The notes under the pieces are model-generated. The model ran no database searches and was not told where the DNA came from. It saw only the letters and a program-made list of their open reading frames with translations. A stretch of DNA of 64,000 nucleotides from an uncultured Verrucomicrobiae bacterium (GTDB taxonomy: Bacteria; Verrucomicrobiota; Verrucomicrobiia; Limisphaerales; Palsa-1400): assembly GCA_963764165.1 (NCBI GenBank), contig CAVXRD010000002.1:2848001-2912000 (forward strand). The letters are read 5' to 3'. Below are positions 20,301-29,253 of the stretch, piece after piece (position 1 is the first letter of the stretch; every line of letters begins with the position of its first letter). A program made the translations under genes and the position numbers.

Positions 20301-21600
20301 CACTCGTGTCCAGTTAAGGCGTTGCCAACGCGCCCAAAGTCGTTGATTATCGCAGGGTTGGGGAATTTGGGGTTTGTTCTCGATATCCAGTTTGGAAGCG
20401 GGTTTGCTGGGCAAATGCCTTCCCACCAAAACGTGTTTTCCCAATTAACCGATCTCCTTTATCCGTCCGAATTTCGGCGTTGCGCTGAGGCCTTTCCCAT
20501 GAAGCGCTCCTCGCGCTCGTTCAGCGCCTACGACCATTTCCTGGCTCTGTGTTTCGGACAATTGACTTACCGTGAGAGTCTGCGCGACATTGTTGCCTGC
20601 CTGCAGGCCCGTCCACGCATGCAGTATCATTTGGGCTTTCGGGGAAGGATCACACGGACCAATCTGGCTTACTCCAACGAAAACCGGGATTGGCGGGTCT
20701 TTGCCGGAGTGGCCGAAGTGCTGATGCGGCGCGCCCGCGCGCTTTACCAGCCTGAAAACGCAGACCCGGATTTTCCCGCCGTCGCGCTGGCTTTGGACAG
20801 CTCCATCATTCATCTGAGCATCAAAATCTTTCCTTGGGCCTATTGGGGACGGTCCCGCGCCGGCGCGATGAAGCTCCACACGATGCTGTCCTTCCGGGGG
20901 GACCTGCCGGTGTGGGCGGCGCTCACGGAAGCCTCTGTTCCCGACGTGAAAATGCTCGACCAGATTCCCTTGGAGCGCGGCGCCTTCCATGTGATGGACC
21001 GGGCCTATTTGGATTTCGCCAGGCTGATGAATGTGGAAACCGCCGGGGCCAAATTCGTCGTGCGCAACAAGCGGCAGATCAAATTCAGGGTGAAGGCATC
21101 TCGCGTCGTTGACAAGGATGGCGGTTTGCGGTGCGATCAAACCATTCGCTTGACTGGCGAAGACTCCAAAGGCCGGTATCCGGTTCCGCTCAGGCGAGTG
21201 GTTTTTCGGGACGCGCTGGAAGAGCGCACGCTGGTGTTTCTGACCAATGATTTCGAACTGCCTCCTCTGACCATTTGTGAATTATACAAAAAGCGATGGA
21301 GGGTGGAGCTGTTCTTCAAATGGATCAAGCAGCACCTGCGGATCCGCCGCTTCATCGGCCATTCCCGCAACGCCATTCAATGCCAGATATGGTGCGCCAT
21401 TTGCACTTACCTCTTGGTGGCCATCGCCAAAAAGCATTGGAAATTGGAGAAAAGTCTGTATGAAATCCTGCAAATTTTCAGCGTCAGCGCGTTTGAGCAA
21501 ACCCCTCTGGGTGAGCTGCTTGCAACAAACGCCATTTCCGAAAACGATTCGGAAAGTCGTAACACATTGCCTTTGTTTCACTTATAACTGGACACGCATG
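20301..21600 (+). mobile_element. Complete IS4-family insertion sequence (1300 bp)
   Basis: 16-bp TIRs CACTCGTGTCCAGTTA / reverse complement CATGCGTGTCCAGTTA; 9-bp direct repeat CGCTCCGCT at 20292-20300 and 21601-21609. Confidence 0.95.
20415..21587 (+). CDS. IS4-family DDE transposase (DUF4372-type N-terminus)
   Basis: FGQLTYRESLRDI, LDSS, MDRAY, YKKRWRVELFFKWIKQHL (YREK); the stop codon lies inside the right TIR. Confidence 0.95.
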   Translation: MPSHQNVFSQLTDLLYPSEFRRCAEAFPMKRSSRSFSAYDHFLALCFGQLTYRESLRDIVACLQARPRMQYHLGFRGRITRTNLAYSNENRDWRVFAGVAEVLMRRARALYQPENADPDFPAVALALDSSIIHLSIKIFPWAYWGRSRAGAMKLHTMLSFRGDLPVWAALTEASVPDVKMLDQIPLERGAFHVMDRAYLDFARLMNVETAGAKFVVRNKRQIKFRVKASRVVDKDGGLRCDQTIRLTGEDSKGRYPVPLRRVVFRDALEERTLVFLTNDFELPPLTICELYKKRWRVELFFKWIKQHLRIRRFIGHSRNAIQCQIWCAICTYLLVAIAKKHWKLEKSLYEILQIFSVSAFEQTPLGELLATNAISENDSESRNTLPLFHL

Positions 21601-21804
21601 CGCTCCGCTCAACCACCGGCTACAAGCTGTGATGCCTCCGGCATCCTCCGCAGACGCACTTCGGCGATTTAGCTAATTCAGCGGAATGCCCGCCTCTCCG
21701 CCCGCAACGCCATCGAAATGGCCTGCTACGATTAGGGACATTGACGATGCGGTTATCAACCTCGCGGCAGTGACTGTCTGAGTTGCCGGCACGCGGCTTC
21801 AAAC

Positions 21805-22164
21805 CTAAATTATCCACGGCGCAGGGCTCCCTTTGAATCTAATCTGTATGCACTCGTATTTATCCGAATCGTCCGCGAGATGCATCTCGATGCCATTAGC
21901 GAATACGATGGCAATTAACCGGTCCGTCTTTATCTCGCACCGGGTTATTTCTGTGTTCATGATGTCGTAGAATGCGTCATCGGGCCACTTTCCCTCCTCC
22001 CAGTGACCGATCAACTCTGTACCACGAAATAAGTTTATCGGTGATGTGACGCCAAAACTGACGACTCCAAATGTGAACTGAAGATCAAATTGCCCTACCC
22101 TTATTTGTGTCGTGAATTCTCCGACAATGGGTGACAGGTCAAGCTCTTTGGGAATCCTGTACAT
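21805..22164 (-). CDS. Hypothetical protein (possibly DUF6188-like), lower GC
   Basis: 119-aa beta-rich ORF with ATG; AT-richer than its neighbours. Confidence 0.6.
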   Translation of the reverse strand: MYRIPKELDLSPIVGEFTTQIRVGQFDLQFTFGVVSFGVTSPINLFRGTELIGHWEEGKWPDDAFYDIMNTEITRCEIKTDRLIAIVFANGIEMHLADDSDKYECIQIRFKGSPAPWII

Positions 22165-22218
22165 GTTCTTCAGCCCAAGTAGACCAGATTTGCTTTTGAG
22201 CCGTAGCCCACGGACAGT

Positions 22219-23310
22219 TCAATTCAACAAATTATACCAGTTATCCCGCTGGTGGGCTTCGTAGCCGAGTTGTTCGATGAGGCGGCGCATGTCGGCGACT
22301 CCCATGCGGTAGGTCGTGCCGGCTTGCGAAACGACGTTTTCTTCGATCATGATGCTGCCGAGGTCGTTGGCGCCGTATTGGAGGGCGACCTGGCCGATTT
22401 CCAAACCTTGCGTCACCCACGAGCTTTGCACGCTGGGGAAATTATCGAGATAAATGCGGCTCAGCGCCTGCGTTTTTAAATACTCGTGCGCGCCAACGGT
22501 CGGAGCTTTGAGCTTTGTGTGCTCGGCTTGAAAGGTCCAGCCGATGAAGGCGGTGAAGCCTTTGCTTTTGTCTTGCTGGGCGCGGACACGCTCCAAATGC
22601 TCCACGCGATCTTCGATGGTTTCGACGTGGCCGAACATCATCGTCGCCGACGAACTCAGGCCGAGGCGGTGCGCCACGTCCATCACTTCAAGCCAATCGT
22701 CGCTCATGGCCTTGAGCGGAGAGATGCGTTTGCGGACGCGGTCGACTAAAATTTCGCCGCCGCCGCCGGGAATCGATCCCAGCCCCGCCTTCACAAATTG
22801 CGCAATGATTTCCTCCAGCGGCAGATTGAACACTTCGCGGAAATGGATGAATTCGCTGGGGCTGAATCCGTGGATGTTCACCTGCGGAAATTTGCCTTTT
22901 ATATGCGACAGCAAATCCAGGTACCATTGCATCGTCAATTTCGGGTGATGCCCGCCCTGCATCAAAATCTGCGTGCCGCCCAGGGCAATCGTCTCCTCAA
23001 TTTTGCGATCCATTTCATCGAAGGTGATCACATAGGAATCCGCGTCCGACTCCACGCGGTAAAAGGCGCAGAATTTGCAATAGACATTGCAGACGTTCGT
23101 ATAATTGACGTTGCGGTCGACGATGTAGGTGACGATGTCGTTGCCGCGCCCGCCGTGGGCTTGGGCGCGGGCCAGTTGCCGCCGCCGATGCGCGAGCATG
23201 CCCAATTCCTCCAGCGGCAAATGGTAAAGCTGCACGGCTTCCTGCGGGCCAATGCGCCGGCCCTCCCAGACCGCGTGCAACAGATCGTCAGATGGCAATT
23301 CGGCGGTCAT
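22219..23310 (-). CDS. mqnC: Cyclic dehypoxanthinyl futalosine synthase (radical SAM)
   Basis: VTYIVDRNVNYTNVCNVYCKFCAF, LMQGGHHP, SIPGGGGEIL, QSSWVTQG, GANDLGSIMIEENVV. Confidence 0.92.
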   Translation of the reverse strand: MTAELPSDDLLHAVWEGRRIGPQEAVQLYHLPLEELGMLAHRRRQLARAQAHGGRGNDIVTYIVDRNVNYTNVCNVYCKFCAFYRVESDADSYVITFDEMDRKIEETIALGGTQILMQGGHHPKLTMQWYLDLLSHIKGKFPQVNIHGFSPSEFIHFREVFNLPLEEIIAQFVKAGLGSIPGGGGEILVDRVRKRISPLKAMSDDWLEVMDVAHRLGLSSSATMMFGHVETIEDRVEHLERVRAQQDKSKGFTAFIGWTFQAEHTKLKAPTVGAHEYLKTQALSRIYLDNFPSVQSSWVTQGLEIGQVALQYGANDLGSIMIEENVVSQAGTTYRMGVADMRRLIEQLGYEAHQRDNWYNLLN

Positions 23311-23319
23311 TTATAAACT

Positions 23320-23934
23320 TTAAGAGCGTCTGCTTCCTGCGTCCGGACGGCGGGGATCCGGTGCGAATCGAATATCGGTGTAGACATCGGACATCGAAAT
23401 GGTGACTCCGATTGAAGGCATCGTCAGCTTCTGCTCCAATCCTTCAACGTCGCGAAGAATCCACTGCCCACTTTCCTGCCTTGCAAAATGCTCAATGAGC
23501 GGTTTGTATTGATTTACCAAGATATACTCGCGCAAAGACGGAAGCCGTCGGTACATCTCAAATTTCTTTCCCCGGTCATAAGCCTCACGCGATTCCGACA
23601 GAACCTCGAAGATGATCGTGGGGTTGAGCAAGGTGTCCTCGTGCTCGTCCTCAAGTTGATCCTCGCCACACGCGATTGACACGTCAGGATATGTGTATAG
23701 CCCGGACACCTGAACTTTCACGCGCATATCCGACGTATAAACACGACACTGGCATCCTTTAAGTTGCGACCTAATGAAGTGATTTAAGTTCGATGCAATC
23801 AGGCTGTGCGCTTTGATTCCCCCGGACATGGCGAACATTTCGCCGTCGAGGAATTCACTCTTGAACTCCGCGCGCCGCTCGATTTCGAGATATTCAGCCT
23901 CGGTCAGCCGGTGAACAGGATTGGCGACAGCCAT
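23320..23934 (-). CDS. Uma2-family (DUF820) endonuclease
   Basis: EYLEIER..KSEFLDGEMFAMSG, YPDVSI, FEVLSES..YDRGKKF..Y..LPSLREYILV. Confidence 0.92.
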   Translation of the reverse strand: MAVANPVHRLTEAEYLEIERRAEFKSEFLDGEMFAMSGGIKAHSLIASNLNHFIRSQLKGCQCRVYTSDMRVKVQVSGLYTYPDVSIACGEDQLEDEHEDTLLNPTIIFEVLSESREAYDRGKKFEMYRRLPSLREYILVNQYKPLIEHFARQESGQWILRDVEGLEQKLTMPSIGVTISMSDVYTDIRFAPDPRRPDAGSRRS

Positions 23935-24060
23935 AGAAACAACTTGGGTCAGCGTGGCATTGAAATCAAGCCGTTTCCAAGGCCAAGGCCCGCCTCGCTG
24001 GCGAGGCTCTTTGGCAGGCGCGCCTCGCCGGAGGCGTCCCTGTCTTTCGTGCCGGAAGTT

Positions 24061-24684
24061 TTACTTCGGCGTTACCAAAATGAAATCGTCGCGGCGGTTT
24101 TTCTTCCAGGCGGTTTCATCGTGGCCGGGATCAGCCGGGCGGGAGGCGCCAAAGGTCATCGTCTTGATGCGTGCCGCATCCACGCCAAGATTGGCCAGGT
24201 ATTCGCGGGCGGCCAGAGCGCGGCGTTCGCCGAGCGACAGGTTGTATTTTTCCGTGCCGCGTTCATCGCAATTGCCTTGGATGATCAAGGCATCAAGGCG
24301 CGTATTGCCTTTGAAATAGGTCGCAACTTCCTGGAGTTTGGCTTCCTCGGACGGCTTGATCGCGGCACTGTCGAAGTCAAAAAGGACTGTATCCGCCTTG
24401 AATTTTTCGGTTTCTTGAGGGCCATCGAACTGGTATTTGCCATTGGCATCAAGGGGAATATTCCCATTAACAGCAGTGGGATTCTGCGCGTTGCCAAGAT
24501 TTCCGCCGTTGCCGATTCCCGGCGGCGGTGTTTGCGCTCCGGTGGTGGGTTGTCCTCCAGTGCCGTTCCCGCCAGCGGGATCCGGAAACGGAGTCACCCG
24601 CGTCTTGTCTCCAGCGCAACCGCTCATGCCCGCAGCCAGGGCGAAGCTGAGCAACACCGTTCCGATCAAATTTAAATTTTTCAT
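24061..24684 (-). CDS. pal: Peptidoglycan-associated lipoprotein
   Basis: Lipobox MSGC; FDFDS, GNCDERGTEKYNLSLGERRA, KNRR. Confidence 0.93.
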   Translation of the reverse strand: MKNLNLIGTVLLSFALAAGMSGCAGDKTRVTPFPDPAGGNGTGGQPTTGAQTPPPGIGNGGNLGNAQNPTAVNGNIPLDANGKYQFDGPQETEKFKADTVLFDFDSAAIKPSEEAKLQEVATYFKGNTRLDALIIQGNCDERGTEKYNLSLGERRALAAREYLANLGVDAARIKTMTFGASRPADPGHDETAWKKNRRDDFILVTPK

Positions 24685-24713
24685 GTTTTCTGTAAGTTAT
24701 GGGATTCTGTCTT

Positions 24714-25871
24714 TTACCTCGCCCACGAAGGTTGGGAGCAGCTTCCCGAAATCTGCCTGACATCTTTGACGTGTTTCGTTGGCACGTCAAGCAAACTAAG
24801 GATTCGTTTATTACCGACTTGCCTGGTGAAGATGAGCGTGCGGGAATTGGGCGCCCAACACGGATCTTCGCCTGCAACCAATTTTTGCGCGTCGCCGCCC
24901 GCCGCGGGGACGACACAAATCGTAAAATTCCGGCTGCCGCTGGTGAAGGCAATCCACTTGCCATCGGGCGACCAATCCGGCGAGGTCAAATTTCCATAAA
25001 CTCCGGCAATGCGCAGGTTGCTGGGAGCGCCGCCGTTGACGCTGATTTTTTGCAATTTGGCCTGTCCGCTGCGGCACACGAAACAAATCTCCTGGCTGTC
25101 CGGCGACCATGTCGGCGAAGAGTCGTCGTCCCGGCTGTCGGTCAATTGTTTGAGTCCGGTTCCGTCGAAGTTGCGAACCCAAAGATTTGGGCTGCCCCCT
25201 TTGCTGCAAATCATAGCGACCTTTTGCCCATCCGGGGAAACCTCAGGGCTCAAGTTCGCGCCGGGATAATTGGCAAAAATCTGGCGCTCTCCAGTGCTGA
25301 TGTTGTGGTGGAGAATGGGTTCGCCGCCGTTTTGCCACGAGGTGTAAAGAAGTCCCTTGCCGCCCGGAATCCAGCACGGGCCGGTGACGAGCGTGCCGTC
25401 GTGCGTCAGCACGGCGGCGTTGGCCCCGTCAAAATCCGAGACGCCAATTTCCGTCGATGTTCCCTCCTGCCGGCGAAAGGCAATCCGCGTCTGGAAAATA
25501 GGGACGGTGTTGCGGATTTGTTTGACAATGTCATTGGCGAAGGCGTGGGCTTGGGTGCGTGGCGCGCCCCCCGCGTAACCGCGCGCCCAGAACGGCCGCC
25601 CGCCTGCCGGCGAGAGAGTGCCGTCAAGCTGCCCGTTCTGCGTTCCCTTGATCTGGAACTGCGCAGCATCCGGCGAAACGATCGTCATGCCGAGCGCTTC
25701 CAAATCAAATTTCAAAACCGAATCAATCTCGCCGCTAAAGCCTTCCACGGAGACGGGAATCAACGATTCAGCCTCGCTGGCCTTGGTAACGTGCAAGGTA
25801 TCCTGGGCCTGGGAGCAAACGCTCAGCGCCATTAGAATCGCGGCGCACAAAAATTTTGACTGAATCTTCAT
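24714..25871 (-). CDS. tolB: TolB-like beta-propeller protein
   Basis: Signal peptide, PD40 repeats (SPxWSPDG); lies between tolA and pal. Confidence 0.9.
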   Translation of the reverse strand: MKIQSKFLCAAILMALSVCSQAQDTLHVTKASEAESLIPVSVEGFSGEIDSVLKFDLEALGMTIVSPDAAQFQIKGTQNGQLDGTLSPAGGRPFWARGYAGGAPRTQAHAFANDIVKQIRNTVPIFQTRIAFRRQEGTSTEIGVSDFDGANAAVLTHDGTLVTGPCWIPGGKGLLYTSWQNGGEPILHHNISTGERQIFANYPGANLSPEVSPDGQKVAMICSKGGSPNLWVRNFDGTGLKQLTDSRDDDSSPTWSPDSQEICFVCRSGQAKLQKISVNGGAPSNLRIAGVYGNLTSPDWSPDGKWIAFTSGSRNFTICVVPAAGGDAQKLVAGEDPCWAPNSRTLIFTRQVGNKRILSLLDVPTKHVKDVRQISGSCSQPSWAR

Positions 25872-25873
25872 TG

Positions 25874-26908
25874 CTAAGACTTCTTTGATTCGAGATTGAA
25901 TTCAATGATATACATCCGCTCGGAATCGTGCGCTCCGGCGGGAAAAGGTGGAACTTTTTGCACCAGGCGCAACGCGTCTGTCACCGTGCGATCCAACGCC
26001 CGGCTCCCAGACGAGCGCACGAGCGCCGCAGAGCGGATCGATCCATCCCTGCCAATAATCACCTTCGCCTGCGGCCAAGATGTGTTTCCGATTCCTTCAT
26101 CCGGCGTGATCCAGGCATTGCGATAAATCGCCTTAACGACGTCGCCATAACCCGCAAAGGCGTCCCCGCCGCCGACACCGGCCAAATCTTTCGAAATGTC
26201 CGTCGAGCCGGTGCTGGTCTTGACCCCGCTGGCCAGTCCATCGAGCGCTGCCTCAAGCGCCTTGCCCCGGGCGGCTGCCTCAGCTCGCGCCGCCGCCTCA
26301 CTTGACGCGCCGTCGCCGGACGAAAGCGTGGTGCGAAGGCTGGTGACAACGGGCTTGCTCGATTTCACGGGCTTGGATGTTCCAAGGCTGATCTCGCCAA
26401 AGGTTGGCTTCACCTCAACATTATGATGCCCGCTGCGCTTTGGCGGGCTCCTGGGCTTCGCAGGTTCCATCGAAACTTCTGCCCCGGTTTCCTGATCGGG
26501 CTGCGGGTCGGGAGTCGGCTGATGGCGCGGTACAGTGTGTTCGACATGCGTTAGCGCTTCGGCCTGCTTGGTCTCTGGCTCGGGCGGCGGTGGCGGCTTC
26601 GGATGATGGACGGGCGGCGCCTGATGCGGAACCTGATGTGTGATCGGCTCTTGCGCCGGAACCGGCGTGGGCGGAACGGTGTGCGGAGGCGCGGGACGTT
26701 CGGTTGGAGGAGAAACCAGAGGCGCCCCGCCGCCTCCGCCAGCGCCGGAAGCGTCAATGATGTTGGCTGGTATCAACGTCATCCGCTGAAAATCTGAATC
26801 ATTCTTAGCCGGCATCGAAACAAAGGCGGAACTGAAAATGAGAATTCCCAGCAGCGCGACATGCACGCAGACCGAGAACACAAAACATTTTTTCGCTGTC
26901 CTGTTCAT
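25874..26908 (-). CDS. tolA: TolA/TonB-family energy transducer
   Basis: TM with SVCVH motif, Pro-rich spacer, TonB_C-like IGRDGSI..SSGSRALD; ATGA overlap with tolR. Confidence 0.8.
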   Translation of the reverse strand: MNRTAKKCFVFSVCVHVALLGILIFSSAFVSMPAKNDSDFQRMTLIPANIIDASGAGGGGGAPLVSPPTERPAPPHTVPPTPVPAQEPITHQVPHQAPPVHHPKPPPPPEPETKQAEALTHVEHTVPRHQPTPDPQPDQETGAEVSMEPAKPRSPPKRSGHHNVEVKPTFGEISLGTSKPVKSSKPVVTSLRTTLSSGDGASSEAAARAEAAARGKALEAALDGLASGVKTSTGSTDISKDLAGVGGGDAFAGYGDVVKAIYRNAWITPDEGIGNTSWPQAKVIIGRDGSIRSAALVRSSGSRALDRTVTDALRLVQKVPPFPAGAHDSERMYIIEFNLESKKS

Positions 26909-27327
26909 GGATGTTGCGCGGGGGCCGATTTGGCCGCCATTTGAATGTGGTTCCTCATGCAGACATCGAATACGGCCATCACCGGACCCCATGCGGCACT
27001 CTTGTCCCCCGCCACGTAAACCACCAGCTTGGAATCCTGTGTGTGCGCGCGCACAAGTTCCGCCTCCAATTGCTGCAGCGTCAACCGGTTTCCACGCAGC
27101 CAGTAGGTTCCGTTCGGCGTGATTTCCACCCGGCGCACGTCCTTCGGATCGATGTTCTGATTATCCGGACGGCCCATGTTTTGCGGAAGCTGCAGCGGCA
27201 ATTGCTGCTCCAGCATCGGGCGCGTGATCACGAAAATGATCAACAGCACGAACGCCAGGTCAAGCAGCGGGGTAATGTTGATTTCGTTCAACGTCACCAG
27301 CGGATTGCGTTGCGAAAAGCGCCTCAT
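26905..27327 (-). CDS. tolR: TolR/ExbD
   Basis: EINITPLLDLAFVLLIIFVIT; VYVAGDK. Confidence 0.9.
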   Translation of the reverse strand: MRRFSQRNPLVTLNEINITPLLDLAFVLLIIFVITRPMLEQQLPLQLPQNMGRPDNQNIDPKDVRRVEITPNGTYWLRGNRLTLQQLEAELVRAHTQDSKLVVYVAGDKSAAWGPVMAVFDVCMRNHIQMAAKSAPAQHP

Positions 27328-28049
27328 TCGTCCTTCAAGTATTCCGTTTCCATCTTGGAGGTCAGCTCCTGGGCAAAGTTGTCCAGCTCGACAGTCCTGA
27401 CGCGCAGGGTGTGAACGAGGTAGTTATAGGCAAACATCGAGGGAATAGCAACGAACAGCCCAGCCACCGTCGTGATCAAGGCGGCCGAGACGCCCGGAGC
27501 CATCGTCGGCAAATCTGCTGAGCCCTTCATGCCGACCTCGGCAAAGGTATCCATCACGCCCCAAACCGTTCCCAGCAAGCCAAGAAACGGGGCGCCGCTG
27601 ACCGCGATGGCCAGCAATATCAAGCCCGCTTCGAGCTTTAAACATTCTCGCGCCACCGCGCCTTCAAGCGTTCGTTTGATGTGTTCCATGCTTTTGAGCG
27701 AGATGAATTTCTTGCGCGGTTCATCCGGCCCGCCTTGGACGCGAGCGTTCAGCTCCACGCATCCTTCCTGGTAGACAGCAAACATCGGGCAGCCGATGAC
27801 TTGCAGGCGGCGGTCGAAAATTTCGAGCACGGCTTTTGAGCCGCGGAATTCGCCGTCGAAATGCGTGTTGAGCTTTCGCGCGCGCCGCATTTGCAGCGCC
27901 TTGAAAACCATCATGTACCACGCCACGATGGAAACGACGGCGAGAACAGCAATAATGCACTTGGCGGCAACGGTCGCCTTGTCCCAAATGAAATGCATTT
28001 GCGTTTCCGCAAAAAAGCAATAGGAAACACTCATCAAAAGCCATGACAC
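27324..28049 (-). CDS. tolQ: TolQ/ExbB proton-channel protein
   Basis: APFLGLLGTVWGVM, APGVSAALITTVAGLFVAIP; start uncertain. Confidence 0.92.
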   Translation of the reverse strand: MSWLLMSVSYCFFAETQMHFIWDKATVAAKCIIAVLAVVSIVAWYMMVFKALQMRRARKLNTHFDGEFRGSKAVLEIFDRRLQVIGCPMFAVYQEGCVELNARVQGGPDEPRKKFISLKSMEHIKRTLEGAVARECLKLEAGLILLAIAVSGAPFLGLLGTVWGVMDTFAEVGMKGSADLPTMAPGVSAALITTVAGLFVAIPSMFAYNYLVHTLRVRTVELDNFAQELTSKMETEYLKDE

Positions 28050-28418
28050 GGCGGCTCAAGGCCACCGCTGCTTTAGAGCCAAACGTGGAGGAATGAAATG
28101 GTCACTTTTTTTTCACGTCCAGCCCCTCAATTACGACCATCTGCCAACGAATTTAATCAAAAGCCCGCGTTTGGCAACGGAATTCGCAAAAAAAGGCGTT
28201 TTACAGAGGGAAAAACTCGGAAAAGTTGAATCTGGAACTCCCGAACGCAGGAAAAGAGACTGAATTTTGTTCCGGCGCATTGTTAGTTCTGGCGCGCCGT
28301 TATGTTTTGCGTTCCGGAATCCACGTCGCCACCATCGCCTGAAAAACGAGTCCGGCCTCCTTTCCTGATCGCGCCTTGGCGGCAGGGTGTTTCACATTAT
28401 ATATAATCTCCAAAAACC

Positions 28419-28558
28419 GGTAACATCGGTTACATCGTTGATTTTCAGACACTTAAATGGTAACACACCGGTAACAACCGGTAACATTTCCGGAATCCGG
28501 CGCGCCGTTTCGCAGACGTGAAAAACCAAGGGTGCAATAGGGTGCAAGAGCGTGCAAC
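28419..28558. repeat. Helically phased short direct repeats (GGTAACA x4 plus GGTTACA; AGxGTGCAA x3)
   Basis: GGTAACA at 28419, 28459, 28470 and 28480; GGTTACA at 28428; 10-nt-period AGGGTGCAAT/AGGGTGCAAG/AGCGTGCAAC from 28529. Confidence 0.7.
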
Positions 28559-28627
28559 GCCCCAATTACGATTCAACAGCCTGTTTAAGGGGTGCGATTG
28601 GAAATGCGTGAGACGCCAGTAATATTG

Positions 28628-28687
28628 GGGCGGCGACGCAGCGACGCCCTCCCGCAATTTGGCAGGGCGGACCTGCGTGTCCGCCCA
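28628..28687. repeat. REP doublet
   Basis: GGGCGGCGACGCAGCGACGCCCTCC and GGCAGGGCGGACCTGCGTGTCCGCCC hairpins back to back. Confidence 0.6.
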
Positions 28688-28740
28688 AATATTCACTCGG
28701 GATCTGATTGTCCCCGATTTTCAGCAGGGCTGCGGGTATG

Positions 28741-28930
28741 TCTTTGCGTTCCTCTGCGCACTCATCTTCTCTGCGCGAGAATTCTTTTTCCTCTGGCAGG
28801 CCGTTGATGATGATGCGTCTGATCCCGCCCTCGATCCGCTCCAGACCAAAATCAAGAACGATTTGGTTTCATCGTTGCATTAAAGGCAATCTCGCGCGGA
28901 GGCGCAGAAAACGCAGAGTCTTCTCGCCGA
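28741..28930 (-). pseudogene. Repeat family B copy 1: REP-flanked, internally deleted GxxExxY-type gene remnant
   Basis: Arms CTCTGCGC..CTCTGCGCGAGA / TCTCGCGCGGAGGCGCAGA. The minus strand reads MQR*NQIVLDFGLERIEGGIRRIIINGLPEE. Confidence 0.55.
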
Positions 28931-29253
28931 ATTGAATCAAATTTCCCACTGCTCCCCTGCAATGAACTGCAAAATATCAAAGAACACGCCCTGGCGGCGA
29001 CAGCGGAAAAATAAGCCCGAAAGCCGCTTCGGTCAATTAACATTGCAATTACACCATTCTGTGGTATTGCGGCCAGCATGTCGAACGGGCCATCGATTGT
29101 CCAGGCGTGGCCGGAGGCAAAATCGTCGGCCCGAGGCGCGGGGGCAGGAGCGCTGCGGGCGGGCGGGCCGCACTGATGACCCCTATTTGGTTAGGTTCCA
29201 GTTATTTTTCGCCCTTAATCTTCTCTTCAGGTCGGTTGTGTCAAAGTAGGCGC

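Noticed and set aside
20097..20414. N-terminal extension of the 496-aa transposase ORF
   Set aside because: It begins outside the left TIR, in REP sequence; the real start is ATG 20415.
21620..22218. Integron cassette around the 119-aa gene
   Set aside because: No attC-like RYYYAAC..GTTRRRY structure and no integrase.
28419..28558. Possible CRISPR array
   Set aside because: Repeats are 7-10 nt with no unique 30-40-nt spacers, and there are no cas genes.
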